A stretch of 64,000 bases of DNA, taken from the NCBI RefSeq assembly GCF_009914755.1, contig NC_060936.1; one strand, 5' to 3'. Both the position numbers and the translations under genes were made by a program. Each line of letters starts with the position of its first letter. The stretch's first letter is position 1. Below the pieces are notes generated by a model that saw only the letters and a list, made by a program, of their open reading frames with translations, was not told the origin of the DNA and did no database searches. This document shows, piece after piece, positions 30,216 to 43,728 of this stretch. The DNA comes from the human T2T-CHM13v2.0 reference genome, Homo sapiens.

Positions 30216-33200
30216 GTGTTGGTTGCTTTTTGTGGTGTCCACACGTTTCCTTTGTGTTCTGGTTCTGCATGGGAAGAGCCCTGCAGCTTGGGGCTTTCCA
30301 TCCATCTCTTTCTTTTTCCCTTATTTTTGGTTGGTGACTCTTGGCGGCTCTCTGTGGGGACACTGATGCTCTCCAAGAAGGTACTTCTTGAATCAGTGAC
30401 CCTTATTGTCTTTTTCTGATGAGGGTCTAAGGTTTTCCTTCAGTGAATCAGTGCTGTCTTATCTGGAACATTTTAGGGAACTGGAATTTGCATTTATCCC
30501 CTTGGCTTTATATTATTGAAAAAGAACTTAGGTCTTTTGCTGCCAAAACAGTTGTTACCAAACCATATTTGATCACGAGAGTAGTGGAACAATTTATTAT
30601 GAAGGGGGAAAACTCAGCACCTTTCTTTCCCTGGTTGTCCTGGCTTTTGTGGGCTTGCGTCCAGGGCACCCAGCTGGGCTCTGGGCTCTTTCTCTCCCCA
30701 GATAAGGTCTCCTCCTGGGTGCATTCGGGAAGTTATTTGGAGGGTTCTTCCAGATTTTTGAATGCCCTTACATTTTCGAGCCCTCACGGCAGGCTTAGGA
30801 GAGGATTTACCTCTTTTATTGCTGAGCTAGGGAGGGGTCCAGCCTCCACAGGGAGGTGACACGGCGTGGCCCCAGCCTGCCCATTCAGGAACTGGACCCA
30901 CTTCAGGGTCAGAAGAGGACAACTGAGGTCTCATCTGCAAAGTCCCGGGGCCTTGCTGAGGCAGGAGAGCCTGTTGCAGGTCTGACCCTTCACATGTTGC
31001 TTGTAGGGAGTGGGCTACCCACCCCTCACCACCCCGAGAACAGCCTGAGCCCGGGGCGCATCTCTGTCTCTGTGTGGAGAGACACTGCCGCTTCTGTTCC
31101 CTGGGAAGCCAGTGCCATTTTCAGCATTTAGGGGGTTCCTGGTGAGGGCTCAGGAGAGATCTGGGCCCAGAGCCAGCCACACTCCTTGTGTTGAGTAAGA
31201 CTCATCCCATCTCTGATCTGTGACACGAGGAGAGGAGCCCCTCACTCACCCGCCACAGCTCAGGGTGGTGATGCGGCACCATTGGAGTGAGCGGCCCCGG
31301 GGGACTGGGGAGGCTCTGGCCGGCGTAGTCCTTGCCGCCAGCCTTCACAGCGGGTTCTCTGAGGGTCTTTATGCACAGGGGCTCTGTCACTTAGCTCTGG
31401 CCCCCCCTCTGCCCCTGAGGCATGACTTTGGGCAACGCAGCATCCAAGCCTCAGTTTCCCCATCTCTAAGATGAGTTGACAACAGAGCCTCTCTGGTGGG
31501 TGCCGTGGGCCACAGGGTGCCCAGAACGCAGTCCCCGTGCCTCTGTTTCTGTGCTGCCTCCACTCACCGTCAGCCTTCATTCGGAGTAGGTGCGCATGCT
31601 GTGCAAAGCCCTTCCACACACCTGATCTCAGTTGCTCTCTGTGCAAAAGTCAGAGAGGCTTTCCCTGCATTTCCTGTTTGAACAGTGTCCTGGCCTCCAT
31701 CTTTAGCTTTGACAGTGTTTACCATGGGGGTGCTGAGGGTGAGTTCTTGTGTATGTGCACATCTTTCTGGTGGAGTGGAGGCCTCTTGAGGACAGGAACC
31801 TTGTGGGTCTACCTCCTTTTCTTCGGAGCTCAGCTGACTGCCTGGCAAACAGCAGATGCTTTTGGTGTCTGGTGAGTGAATGGGGGGTGGGGAGCTGGTC
31901 CTGTGACCCTGGTGAGGCGGGACAAACTTGTCTTCCTCACACCCATCTTACTTCCTCTTATGAGGAAACCCAGAGAGATGAGGGGTCTTGCCCAAGGAAG
32001 GGGTGTCCATAGTCAGCTCTGCCTTCTGCTCACCCAGAATAAAGACCTGGGGACCCCGCGAGGGTCATGGCCAAGTGGAATGGACTCCTGGCATTTGAGG
32101 GCTTCCCGACTGCAGCCCTCAGGCAGCCATGGCTGTCCCAAGTCCAGCGGGCCTTTGCTCGGGTCATGGCTGGGATGTCTGGCCCTTCCTGACAGGAGGC
32201 TGCTGGGCTCCTGTCTACTTGGGGACGCCTCATGCAGGAGCTGGTGTGGGGGTGGGCAGGGGGGCGGTGGCTTCTTCCTTTCTCTTTCCCTTTCCTCTAC
32301 CTTTTCCCCTCTCCCCAGAGGAAATGGTAGCAGGATTTCTTTTAAGAGGATGCTGCTGTATTTTGCCAGCGGGTGGAAGGTGGCGGTATTAGCTCCCGTG
32401 AGCTGCACGTGGACCCCTGTGTGAAGCGTAGCAGGGCACAGAGCAGGCGAGACGTTTGCATCTCACAGCGGGAGGGCCGGCGACATCACATGAAGTGACA
32501 GGCAGGCCCTTGGAAGCCGGTGCTTAGATCCTTAATTAGTTCACACGTCGACTGAATTTTCAAGTGAATGAATTTTAATTACATCTCAGGTTAAAAAAAA
32601 AAAAAGGCGCCAGTGATCGAGGACTCGTCACTGGGCTCTGTTGCTCCTGAAGTTTCCTAGCCCACAACACACCAACACTGCCAAGGGCTCTTCTGGATTC
32701 AAGGTGAAACACATGTGCCATAAATCTTGGAGCTCTGAATGTTTGGAAAGGGCCCGACTGTGAGAAGAAGTAACACACCGTCCCGTGCAGATGGCTGGCT
32801 CTGAGGAGGAGTTCATGGGAGCTTGGGGACACTCTTGCCTCTAGTTCTAGGAAGCTGGGCCACTTCTGAAGTAATGGCAATATCAATAAAGTAATGGTCT
32901 TTATCATAGAATAACGTGATAAAATATATAGAGAAGTAAAAAAGTATAAATAAAAGTAAAATCATCATAAAACATAGTAGCTAGGCACTTCTGAAGCTGT
33001 GTGTGCACTGATTCATTCACCCAGTGACTCACAGCCTTATAGCCTAGGTGCTGGCACCCCTACTTTCATTCGAGGAAGTGAACTCAGGTTCAGGAATTTA
33101 CCCAGCATCCCCCAGATGGGGTGGCAGGAGCCACATCTTCCCTGAAAACTTTCTTGCCCAGGGTGTCTGCTGGGATTTAGGAATGGTCTATGCCTGCATT

Positions 33201-33387
33201 TTTATCCTGGTCAGGCTGACCCTGAACCCTGAGAGATACTCTTTTTTATATTCCCATCTGGAATATGCACTGCCGGGGTCAGTGGGGTGTCTGGAGGGCC
33301 CTCTCGAGGCCAGCTTGGATGTGACACGTGTCGTGGGTCCCAACGGGGCCCAGTAGAGTGTGCAGCGTTAGAAAAATGAACATGCTC

Positions 33388-33710
33388 GGCTGGGCGCGGT
33401 GGCTCACGCCTGTGATCCTAGCACTTTGGGAGGCCAAGATGGGTGGATCATGAGGTCAGGAGATCAAGACCATCCTGGCTAACATGAGACCATCCTGGTG
33501 AAACCCCATCTCTACTAAAAATACAAAAAATTAGCTGGGCGTGGTGGCAGGTGCCTATGGTCCCAGCTACTCAGGAGGCTGAGGTAGGAGAATGGTGTGA
33601 ACCTGGGAGGGGGAGCTTGCAGTAAGCGGAGATTGCACCACTGCACTCCAGCCTGGGTGACAGAGTGCGACTCTGTCTCAAAAAAAAAAAAAAGAAAAAA
33701 AAAGAAAAAA
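33388..33710 (+). mobile_element. AluY-like
   Basis: 18-bp TSD AGAAAAATGAACATGCTC (33370-33387 and 33711-33728). Confidence 0.92.
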
Positions 33711-34074
33711 AGAAAAATGAACATGCTCATGGTGACCTCTGGGCAACTTTGAAATAGCCTCAGTTTCTCAACAGCCGTGCCAGGGGGCGGGGGTGGGGTG
33801 TGGAGAGTGTTAGAGTTGAGTTTCAGCACCAGTCCTTGAAAGTGCCTTTCAGAAGAACAGGTTTTATCCCCCAAACAGAGAGACAGTGGTCAGTTCACCG
33901 TACTTCGGTGCACGTTTGCAGACCTGGTGGGAAGAGGGGCATCTTAGAGCCGAGACCCATTCACTCTTGGCACTCCAGGTGGAGCTGGGCCTTTGGGGCC
34001 TGGATATATCCAGGGCTGCGGATTTTCCCCCCTTCAGGTTTAAATGTTCCTGTTTTTCTACCTTTCCCTCGCAG

Positions 34075-34212
34075 TATACGCTCAACGGCAAGAAAGTGGA
34101 AGTTGCCGTCAAACAGATCATCGCTGGAAAAGCCGTGGAGCAAGGAGGTGCTTTCTCGAACCCCGAGACCCTGGATCTGTACCGGGACATCCCTGAGCTG
34201 CAGGGCTTCTGA
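34075..34212 (+). CDS. AACS: AACS terminal coding exon ([45 protein letters not shown])
   Basis: ccctcgcag|TATACG; TGA at 34210-34212. Confidence 0.96.
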
Positions 34213-35300
34213 GTCAGACTGGCTGGCGTGTCACTCAGCCGCACCCGTGTGCACTGTAACTTTTGTGTGCTCAAGAAATTATACAGAAACCTACAGCTGT
34301 TGTAAAAGGATGCTCGCACCAAGTGTTCTGTAGGCTTGGGGAGGGATCGTTTCTCTGTTTTGTTAAATCTGGTGGGTACCTGGATCTTCCACACGAGTGG
34401 GATTCTGGCCTTCAGAGACCAGGAGGGAGTGTCTGGGCCGCAGGTGTGGCACTGTGGTGAGAGTGTGTGTCTTTGCACACACAGTGCAGCGGGAACGGTG
34501 GGGCTGGCTGGTGCTGAAGACAGACACACTCCTGAGCCAAGGTCTTGTCTTCAACCTCCCCGTCCCGTTGTCCCATTTTGCTCTGTGAAGGTGCAAATCC
34601 CTTTCTTCCCTTCCCATCTCAGGCTCTCCTGTTTTCCCTCAGGGTCCAGTATGCCTTTGAGCTTTAGCTGTTAGAAAGGAACCCCCGTGACTTGACACAG
34701 CTTTCACAGCTGGCTGCTAGGACCGGCGGGCTGGGTGTTCACGTGTGTCTGTGTCATGGATGCAATGCGGGCCCTGGAGGACTGTGCGTCACCCGTCAAC
34801 CAGAGCGTGCCTCCGGGCCAGCTTCCCTCCAAGGAATGAGTGGATTTCATACAGGATCTCTTTATTGCACAGACTGAATGGCTTTACATGTTTCTAATGT
34901 GAATTAGGCATGTGAAGCAGTGGGTGTCCACCCGTGTCCCTCATGGGTGAGCCCTCCAGCTGTGAGCCCAGGCAGTGTGGTCACCGAGTGAGGACCCTCC
35001 TCACCAGGAACCGCATCCCTGTGCTGCCTCCACCTGAGAGTTGCTAGGGGGTTCTTGTCGAGATCATGTCATCAGCACCCCTAAGTCAAGTCACGGGTTT
35101 CCATAGCCAGGCAGTTGGTATGTACAATTCAGTTCAGCGTATGAACTTGTATCTCTAATCTGATGTCCATTTTTATATTTTTTGAAACTGAGCACAATGA
35201 AATCCTTTCTTGAATCATTTTCCTTTTGGATTATAAAAATATGGGGGAAAGTGCTATGATGAATTTTATGCAATAAATGTATACATGTGTGCACATGCAC
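34213..35300 (+). other. AACS: AACS 3' UTR (end approximate)
   Basis: Repeat-free stretch from the stop codon to just past AATAAA. Confidence 0.8.
35272..35277 (+). terminator. Polyadenylation signal AATAAA
   Basis: AATAAA preceded by a U-rich region with TGTA elements (~35120-35150) and followed by a GT-rich tract (~35305-35335). Confidence 0.85.
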
Positions 35301-36044
35301 CCATGCTGTGTGTGCAGTGTGCTGGTGTGTTTTCTCTGGAGGGGGGACCGCATCTGCGTGTGTGAGGCTGGTGGTGCTTGTGCGCCCGCCAACAGCTGTG
35401 CCCTGGAGTTGTGTGGTTCGAATTGTTGGGGGCACTTCCCAGGGCCCTGGTACTTACCCACATTCCCTTGTGACCAACGAGGAGTGCTGCTCAGTGTGAA
35501 GCCAGCACCCTGGGCCCCCTCCACCCTGAGATCCCCCAACACCCAGCGCCAGCCAGGTTTCTGGCTCCTTTCTTGTCATCGCAAGAGCTGCATGTCACTT
35601 GGGTTGTGTGTGGCTACATGCCACGGGATCCAGGCTTGGCCCAGCAGCGTTTATGGCTCTCACGTCACAGGAAGTTGGAGGCAGTCCATTCTCCCGGGGC
35701 CGGGCAGCAACTCCACAGTGCAGCAGTCCTGGCTCCTGTCTGCTGCACTCTGCTGTCCTCAGGATGTGGCAGTCATCATCTTGGCCCTGCCTGGCTGCCC
35801 CACCTCTAGTCTTTCATCCGTGCTGTAGGCAGGAAGAAGGTGGGAGTGAGAAGGGGGCTGGGTAAAGGCAAAAAGCTGCATCTCTGGAGTGTGTCCCTTT
35901 TTATCTGCAAAATGATGGCTTTTCTGGAAAGCCGGCAGCATCTGCTGGGCCTCACCAGCCAGCCTGGGGACACGCAGCCGCCTTCGCTGCAAGGGCATCC
36001 GGGGGTCTGAGTATTTCAAAGAGGACCTGTTCCCCTTTTTTGTG

Positions 36045-36935
36045 AGTTTCCAACAGCTGCTGTAACATTTCCACAAAGGCAGTGGCTTAACACAGCCCCA
36101 GTTTATTACAGTCCTGGAGGTCAGAAGTCTGCTGTGGGTCTCACTGGGCTGAAATCAGGGTGACAGCAGGGCTGTGTTCCTTCAGGAATCTGCAGGGGAG
36201 AATCCATTTCCTTGCCTTCTCCCGCTTCTAGAGGCCACTGTGTTTCTTGTCTGGTGCCCTGTTGTCTTCAGCAATGGCCGGTCACACCTTCCTTCCACTG
36301 TAGCTCTCTGACGCTGACACTCCCACCCACCGTGTCCACATGTAAGAACCCCCTGTGATTGCAGCAGGCCCACTTGAATAAGGATAATCTCCCTATTTTG
36401 ATGTGTGCTGATTAACAACCTTAATTCCATCTGCAGCCCTCACTCCTCCTCACGACGTCGTAGTCCATTTTGTTTTGCTGTAACAGAATACCTGAAGCTG
36501 GGTGATTTATAAGTTAATAATTTATTAAGGGGTTCATTTGGTTCATGATTCTGGTGGCTGAAAAGTCCAAGACTGGGCAGCTGCATCTGGTGAGGGCCTC
36601 ATGCTGCTTCCACTCAGGGCAGAACATGGAGGGGGAGCAGGTGCATGCAGAGATCACGCAGTGAGAGAGGAAACCAGACCATTCAACAACCACGCCCTTG
36701 GGAACTAATCTGTTCTCACGAGGCACAAGTGACGGTGAGAACTCACCCCCTACAGAGGGGATTAATGTATTCAGGAGGGATCTGACCCCTCCCAACACTG
36801 CTACATTGGGTGTCAATGTCAACATGAGTTTTGGCATATAGACAAGCCACATCCAACCCACAGCACCATGTAACCTAACGCATTCACAGGTTCCAAGGAT
36901 TAGGATGTGGATATCTTTGGGGGGCTGCTACTCTG
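36045..36935 (-). mobile_element. MLT1 LTR with a nested MST/MLT1A-type LTR (~36458-36865)
   Basis: MLT1 body resumes (catgtaacctaac...ggatatctttgggg) after a second LTR starting tagtccattttg...taacagaatacctg. Confidence 0.75.
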
Positions 36936-38799
36936 CTGACCTCACTTTGCAAACACAGTCTGGGTCCTGCTGGCCGAGGGAGAAGTGGATGGTGGTTGTT
37001 GGGAGCAGCAGGGAGCCCTGGTTGATGACACTTGGGCTGGGATTGTCCTCCCCTGTGAGTGGCCCGTGGGCCTTAGGGTTCAGGTCGGGCCTGGGGCCTG
37101 CAAGGTCCTCTCCTCTCACTGGGTGCCTGGAGATTCCCTTCATGTTGACAGTGCCTGAGGAGTCATTACAGCTTAATCAGCGTGCCCTTTAGTTCCAGCA
37201 AGACGGCCCAGGCTGAATAAGCCCACGCATCCTTATTAATAAGCCCTGCCGGACAACTTCATTAATGAGGGACAGATGGTCTGGAACAACAGCCAGTTGA
37301 GTGCACGTGGTGCTGAGCCTGCTTTTGACGTTCCTTGGCCCGAGCATCACTCTAAAGAACCCACCACCTGCCGGCCAGCTGCCTTTTCATCTCTGAGATG
37401 GCCGTGGGCTGCACCGTGCCTTCTCGTCTTCTTCCAGCTCCCCACCAGGCCTGGCCCATCAGGAGCTTCTGAAGGCATCAGGATCTGCCACACAGCCTGG
37501 CTAGGGCTGCCAGGATTCTGCTATCTCCCACGGCCAGCAGGCCTCTGAGCAGCTGGTCCTCCTCCAGGCCCTTCCTGCCCACCTCCAGGAACCTTCTCCA
37601 GGCTGGAGGCCTCCTTCTCATGCTTGGGCTGCCCAGCCCCACCTTCTCGCCCGGGAGGATTCTCCTCAACTGGAGCTGAACGATCAACTCCAGCTGCAGT
37701 CAGCCACTGACCTGTCCCCACAGGGGCATCTGAGCCCTCTAGGATAGGGCCCAGGTTGGCTCACTCATCTGTTTCCCAAACAGAAGGCCTGAAACCCACA
37801 CGCCTTAGAAAAGGCATCCTCCTGATGTCGTACCACCCCTGTCACCATGGCTGTAGGTGAACAGAAGAGCCCCTTCCCTCGAGTCTGCAAATGCCCAGGA
37901 GAAGGGCTCATGGGGAACAACACTCCCTTTGAGGACCCAGCCACAACCTATCCTGTGATGGGCTCAAGCCTTCAGAGGGAATGTCACATGCAGCTTTATG
38001 GGGGATAATCTGTCACTGGGTTCAAGCTGGGCTGCTCTAACAGGTGCCCCCAAATCTGGCTCAATCCGGAATGTGTCTTCTCTCCTGTCACCGCTCTGAG
38101 GTGAATGGGTAGGCCAGGGCGGGTAGGTAGCTTTGTTTTGCAAGGTCACCCAAGGACCTGGGCTTCCAAATGGTTGCTGCCTCCCCTGGTGTGCAGGTCT
38201 TGTCCACTTGGAAGATGTTGGCTCACCACAGTCATGGAGGAGGTGACCTAACATTCACCCTCACCCCCTTGGCCACAACCTTGTCACCTGACTGCACTCA
38301 GCTGTGTAGGAGGCGGGGAGATGTGCTGCCCAGCAGGGTGACAGGTGCCCTCCCAGAACTCTAGTGGTGGGTGCAGATGGCTCTGTGACAAGGAAGGGTG
38401 GGGAATGGTGATGGGGGACAGTCGCAGCCCCTCCCACAGGAATGAAGGAATCTGGCTGCTTCTGTGCCCGACTCCATCTCTCCTGGACGGCTGCTGCTTT
38501 GCTTGAGCTGGGATGGGGGTTACCCCGCTGGGTCCTGCCGCCCAGGAGAGATGAAGAATCGGCTGGGGTGGGGCGTGGGTGTGCACGTGTGCGGAGGCGA
38601 TGCTGCTTGTGTTCGCATCTCTGTATTTTGAAGGGTAGACTGTGAGGTTTGTGAGGCAAACGCATCGGTTTTTACAACACTTTGGCCTTATGTGTGTTTG
38701 TGAATGTATGTGTATGTGTGTGTGAACATATGTGTGTGAATATGAGTGTGCGTGTGTGCCCTTAAAGCTGAGATTGCATGCCTATCAAAACCCGAAAGA

Positions 38800-39110
38800 G
38801 CCAGGCACAGTGGCTCATGCCTGTAATCCTAGCACTTTGGGAGGAGGCCAAGGCAGGAGGATTGCTTGAGTCTAGGAGTTTGAGACCTGGTTGGGCAACA
38901 TGGTGAGGACCTGACTACAAAAAAACTTTTAAAAATTAGCTGGGTGTGGTGGCATGCACCTGTGTTTCTAGCTACTCAGGAGGCTAATACAGGAGGATCG
39001 CTTGAGCCTGGGAGGTTGAGGCTACAGTGAGCTGTGATTTGCACCACTGCACTCCAGCCTGGGTGACAAGAGCAAGATCCTGTCTCAAAAAAAAAAAAAA
39101 AACAAAAAAA
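38800..39110 (+). mobile_element. AluJ
   Basis: Sense Alu. Confidence 0.9.
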
Positions 39111-39703
39111 CCCAAATCCCCAAACCCCAAAGAACATAGCTGTGAGGATGTCAGAATGTAGTTTCTATTCTAGTTCAAGTTGAATCCTGAAAGCCCAGTG
39201 CCCATTCCGACAGGCAGGCAAGCAGGGTGATTTCCCTGTTCTCACAGAACACTGACCAACTGCGGCTGCTCATGGCCACTGGACCTCAGCCTGTGCCCTC
39301 AGTGGTTCTCAGTTCAGTGACAGCTCTATGTCCCAATCAAGTGGCTTTTCTTCAGTGTTCTGCAGAGCCAGGGGACCAGGTACTAACTCATGTGTCCAAT
39401 GGATACATCTGTGCTTATCCTTGGGCCCACTGATCACCAGGGTAGTTGAGCTCTTTGCACCATAGAGGGTATGCCTCGTGGAGGGGGACAGATGGCCAAC
39501 AGGAAACAAGAGGAGGTCTGATGGGACAGGATGCTCTTTAGCCACATTGGTCGGGGGGCCTCCCTTAGGTGACACTGAAGCTGTAGCCTGGGAGGCCTGA
39601 CACTGCCATGTGAAGATCGTAGGATGACCAGCCAACCAGAGGTCCTGAGAAGGAAATGAACTGAACTACAGGAACAAGAAAGCCTATTTGGAGAATATGG
39701 GGG

Positions 39704-40149
39704 TGTGATGGTTACTACTGAGTGTCAACTTGATTGGACTGAAGGATGCAAAGTATTGATCCTGGGTGTGTCTGTGAGGGTGTTGCCAAAGGAGATTAAC
39801 ATTTGAGTCAGTGGGCTGGGGAAGACAGATCCACCCTTAATCTGGTGGGCACAATCTAATCAGCTGCCAGGCAGAAAAACGTGAAAAGGCGAGACTGGCC
39901 TAGCCTCCCAGCCTACGTCTTTCTCCCATGCTGGATGCTCCCTGCCCTTGAACATCACGTCCAAGTTCTTCAGTTTTGAGACACGGACTGACTCTCCTTG
40001 CTCCTTAAGCTTGCAGACAGCCTATTGTAGGACCTTGAGATCACGTAAGTTAATACTTAATAAACTCCCCTTTATATCTATCTATATATCTATCTTTATA
40101 TCTATCTATCCTCTTAGTTCTATTCCTCTAGGGAACCCTGACTAATACA
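39704..40149 (+). mobile_element. MLT2A (HERV-L) full-length solo LTR
   Basis: TGTGATGGTTA..TGAGTGTCAACTTGATTGG...GACTAATACA; 446 bp; 5-bp TSD GGGGG. Confidence 0.9.
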
Positions 40150-40656
40150 GGGGGCAAGAGAGTGGGAGAGGAGGTGGGATTGTGGTGCTGGGCATGGAAC
40201 ACATTCTAAGGGCGCCCAGAGCAGTGACATCATTGGATGAGCATTTGGAGGATCGCGCCGAGGGCAGTTCCTTTTGCTGGGCTCAGTAGGGGCAGCAGGT
40301 GGGTCTGCACTGGGCGCTGGCTGGTGAAAGCCCAGTGGCTCCATGACGTCGGCTTACCAGCTTCCTCCTTCCCTTCTTGCTCTTCTCCTGTCACTGTGCC
40401 TGAGCACCATGTGTGCACAAAACACGACAAGCGTTCTGACCATCCAGCAGACAGGCAGTGAACACATAGCAAAGATGATCAGGAGACTGTCTGATTAGGC
40501 CTCAGAAGCCTAAGCTGGCTTTGATGAGCTGAGATTCTTTTTCTCTGAGCCATGACTGCCTTTTAGATTAGTGCAAATGATTTCTAAAAGCTTCCTGCCA
40601 ATTTGTGTCCAAAGAGAGTCATAGGCAAGTAAAGACCTGTTAAGAAGGTGTTTAAT

Positions 40657-41004
40657 GGCCAGGCATGGCAGCTCACACCTGTAATCCCGGCACTTTGGGA
40701 GGCCAAGGCAGGCAGATCACCTGAGGTCACGAGTTTGAGACCAGCCTGGCTAACATGGTGAAACCCCATCTCTACTAAAAATACAAAAAAACCCCCAAAA
40801 AACAAAAAAAAAAACACCCACAAAAATTAGTCAGGCATGGTGGTGCACACCTGTGGTCCCAGCTACTCAGGAGTCTGAGGCAGGAGAATCACTTGAACCC
40901 TGGAGGCGAAGGTTGCAGTGAGCTGAGATTGCTCCACTCTACTCCAGCCTAGGCAACAGAGTGAGACTCCATCTCAAAAAAAAAATAAATAAATAAATAA
41001 AAAA
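40657..41004 (+). mobile_element. AluS with expanded A-rich linker
   Basis: Sense Alu. Confidence 0.9.
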
Positions 41005-41444
41005 GGAAAAATTGTTTTAAAAAAAGGTGTGTAAGGCCCATTACAATTGGAACTCTGGCTTTGTTGTCATGGTTTATCCCGTTGGAGAGCACTCTTGGCC
41101 ATCACAGTGGTAAATTGATGGTCTAATAATTTCATTAGATGACTTCCAGGGGAGAAACAGGTGTTAGTCAATTCATTATGCTCTGGGACTATTTCCAAAA
41201 GATTTCATCTTGGGACTCCCTCCTACTTCTTTCTTTCTTTCCTTGGCTCAAACAGTGAGATCACAAGTCATGTTGGGTTGTTGGGAGAGTCAAAGGGAGT
41301 GGTTGTCAAGTGGCACCACGAGACTTGGACCAGTTTCCATTTTGCAGGCTCTGTGCTTATCAGTCTCACCGACCCTGCTCACTATTTACCTGTGGCACCT
41401 GGTCTGCTTGTTTTTGGCATCCACTTTTTTGTTTGTTTTTTTCA

Positions 41445-41910
41445 GTCATGACTAAGTATTTTGTTGGCTACTAGTAACAGAAACCCCAACGCCAACTGGC
41501 TCAAGCAGAAAAGGGGTAATTGGCTCACCATTTCGAAAACTCCAATGCTAGGATTAGCTTCAGGTGTGGCTGGATCCAGACGCTCTGATGACATTATCAG
41601 TGTTCTCTCTCTCCATCTCATCTCTGCCTTCCTCTGTGTTGACATTCTCAGATGGACTCTCCTCTCATGATGGCAAGATGGATTCTTTGAGCTCCAGGCT
41701 TATGTCCTCACAGTGATAAGAGGGGAAGAAAGATCCCCTCCCCCCCTCCCCGTAGTTTCAACGTGAGTCCCCATCTTGAAGCTTATTGGCTATTTGGATC
41801 ATATGACCAAACCTGAGCCAATCACTGGCCAGGAGGAGGAAATATGTTGATTGATTAGGCCTGGGTCATATAACCCCTTCAGGTGCGGAACCGGCTGCAC
41901 ACAGTAATAG
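41445..41910 (-). mobile_element. Old MLT1 (J/K/L-like) fragment
   Basis: gtaacagaaacccca..., atggcaagatgg, gattggc / ccaatcactggcc motifs. Confidence 0.55.
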
Positions 41911-42532
41911 GACTGAGGGCTGGGGAGGTAGGCCCTGGACGGGCAGGTGGTTTCCTTTAAAAAGCTGGAGGCAGCAACCAGCCCTGTTTCGTTTCCTCTT
42001 TTCACAGGTGCTGGCCCCTTCTCTCCTTTCCTCCCATGCCCCTTCTTTCTCTCTGTAGCCTCCCTGTGCCTGTCTCCTGCTCCCACCCCAGCACAACAGA
42101 GTCTAGGTCTGTTTTCCGCTGCTAAGTGTGTGATAATTTATTATGCAGCAATAGAGCACTAACACACTCGGCCAGTGGCCCAGGCCTCAGTGTGCGGCAC
42201 ACTCTACTTAGCACCTCCACATGTGTGAGTTCTGTCTTCTCAGCCCCACTCCGGTCCTTGAGGGTGGGAATCTTCCTCCTTTATCTCCTCTGTATCTCCC
42301 ACCCCTTGGTCCCAACTACAGGGTAAGGGTTCAAAAAAGTGCTCATTTGAATTCGGCATAGCACTAAGTCAGTCAGAACTCTTCAGAGGCAAGTGACAGA
42401 AAGCCATCTCTCATCACTGGCTTCAGGCACAGCAGGATATAGGGCTGGGTCAATGTAATCAGGATTCAACATCTCTCATGGCATCTGTATGGGCAGTAGG
42501 GCATAGTGGTTAAGACCATGGGCTCTGGAATT

Positions 42533-42721
42533 GGGTTGCTGGATAAAATACAGGACACCCAGTTAAATGTAAGTTTCAGAAAAACAATGAATAGCTAGTT
42601 TTTCAGTGTAAGAATGTCCCAAATATTTCATAGGATGTGTTTATACCAAAAAAGTATTTATTGTTAATCTGAAATTAAAACATAACCAGGTATCCTGAAG
42701 GTCTGTTACATCTGGAACACT
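42533..42721. mobile_element. MER53 palindromic MITE inserted in a MIR (~42492-42850)
   Basis: gggttgctggataaaatacaggacacccagttaaat...atctggaacact; self-complementary; TCTGGAA(T/C) flanks. Confidence 0.8.
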
Positions 42722-42793
42722 ATTCTGGAACCAAGTGCCTGGATGTGAGTGATGGCTCTGCCTCTTCCTTTGTGACCATAGACAAGTCACTTA

Positions 42794-43271
<478 letters not shown>

Positions 43272-43728
43272 CTATCTCCTATTATTTTATAATCTCTCCG
43301 TCCTTCTTCCTTCTGCGTAGGCTTCAGTCTTTGTCTTTTTGCCGAAGTTCCAACAAAAGGCCCGAAGAGGAGTCCCATTGGCCTGGCCCAGGTCATGTGC
43401 CTATCTCTGAACCAATCATGGAGACCAGGGGAATGGGAGGTTCTGATCGGCGGCACCTGGATCATGTGACTGCCCTGCGGCAGGAGGAGAGGCCAGTCCA
43501 AACGGAGACACGTGACCTGAGGTTGGGGAATGGAGGTGCCTCAGGGGAGGATAAGGGCTCTGAGGCTGGAGGGGAGAGGATGAATCTCAGGCATGACAAG
43601 CACCTCCACCTAATAGCAGTCATGAGGCTTTTGTGAGGAGGCAGAATTCCAAGTGAGGAAGAAGTGCCGCGGCTGAGTTGTGAGTTTAGGTCACTGCCTC
43701 ATTCGCTGCCTGACTATGGATGGCTTAC

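Noticed and set aside
34449-34461. GCACTGTGGTGAG shared between the 3' UTR and the last VNTR unit (~6977)
   Set aside because: A 13-nt match with no extension is compatible with chance in 64 kb.
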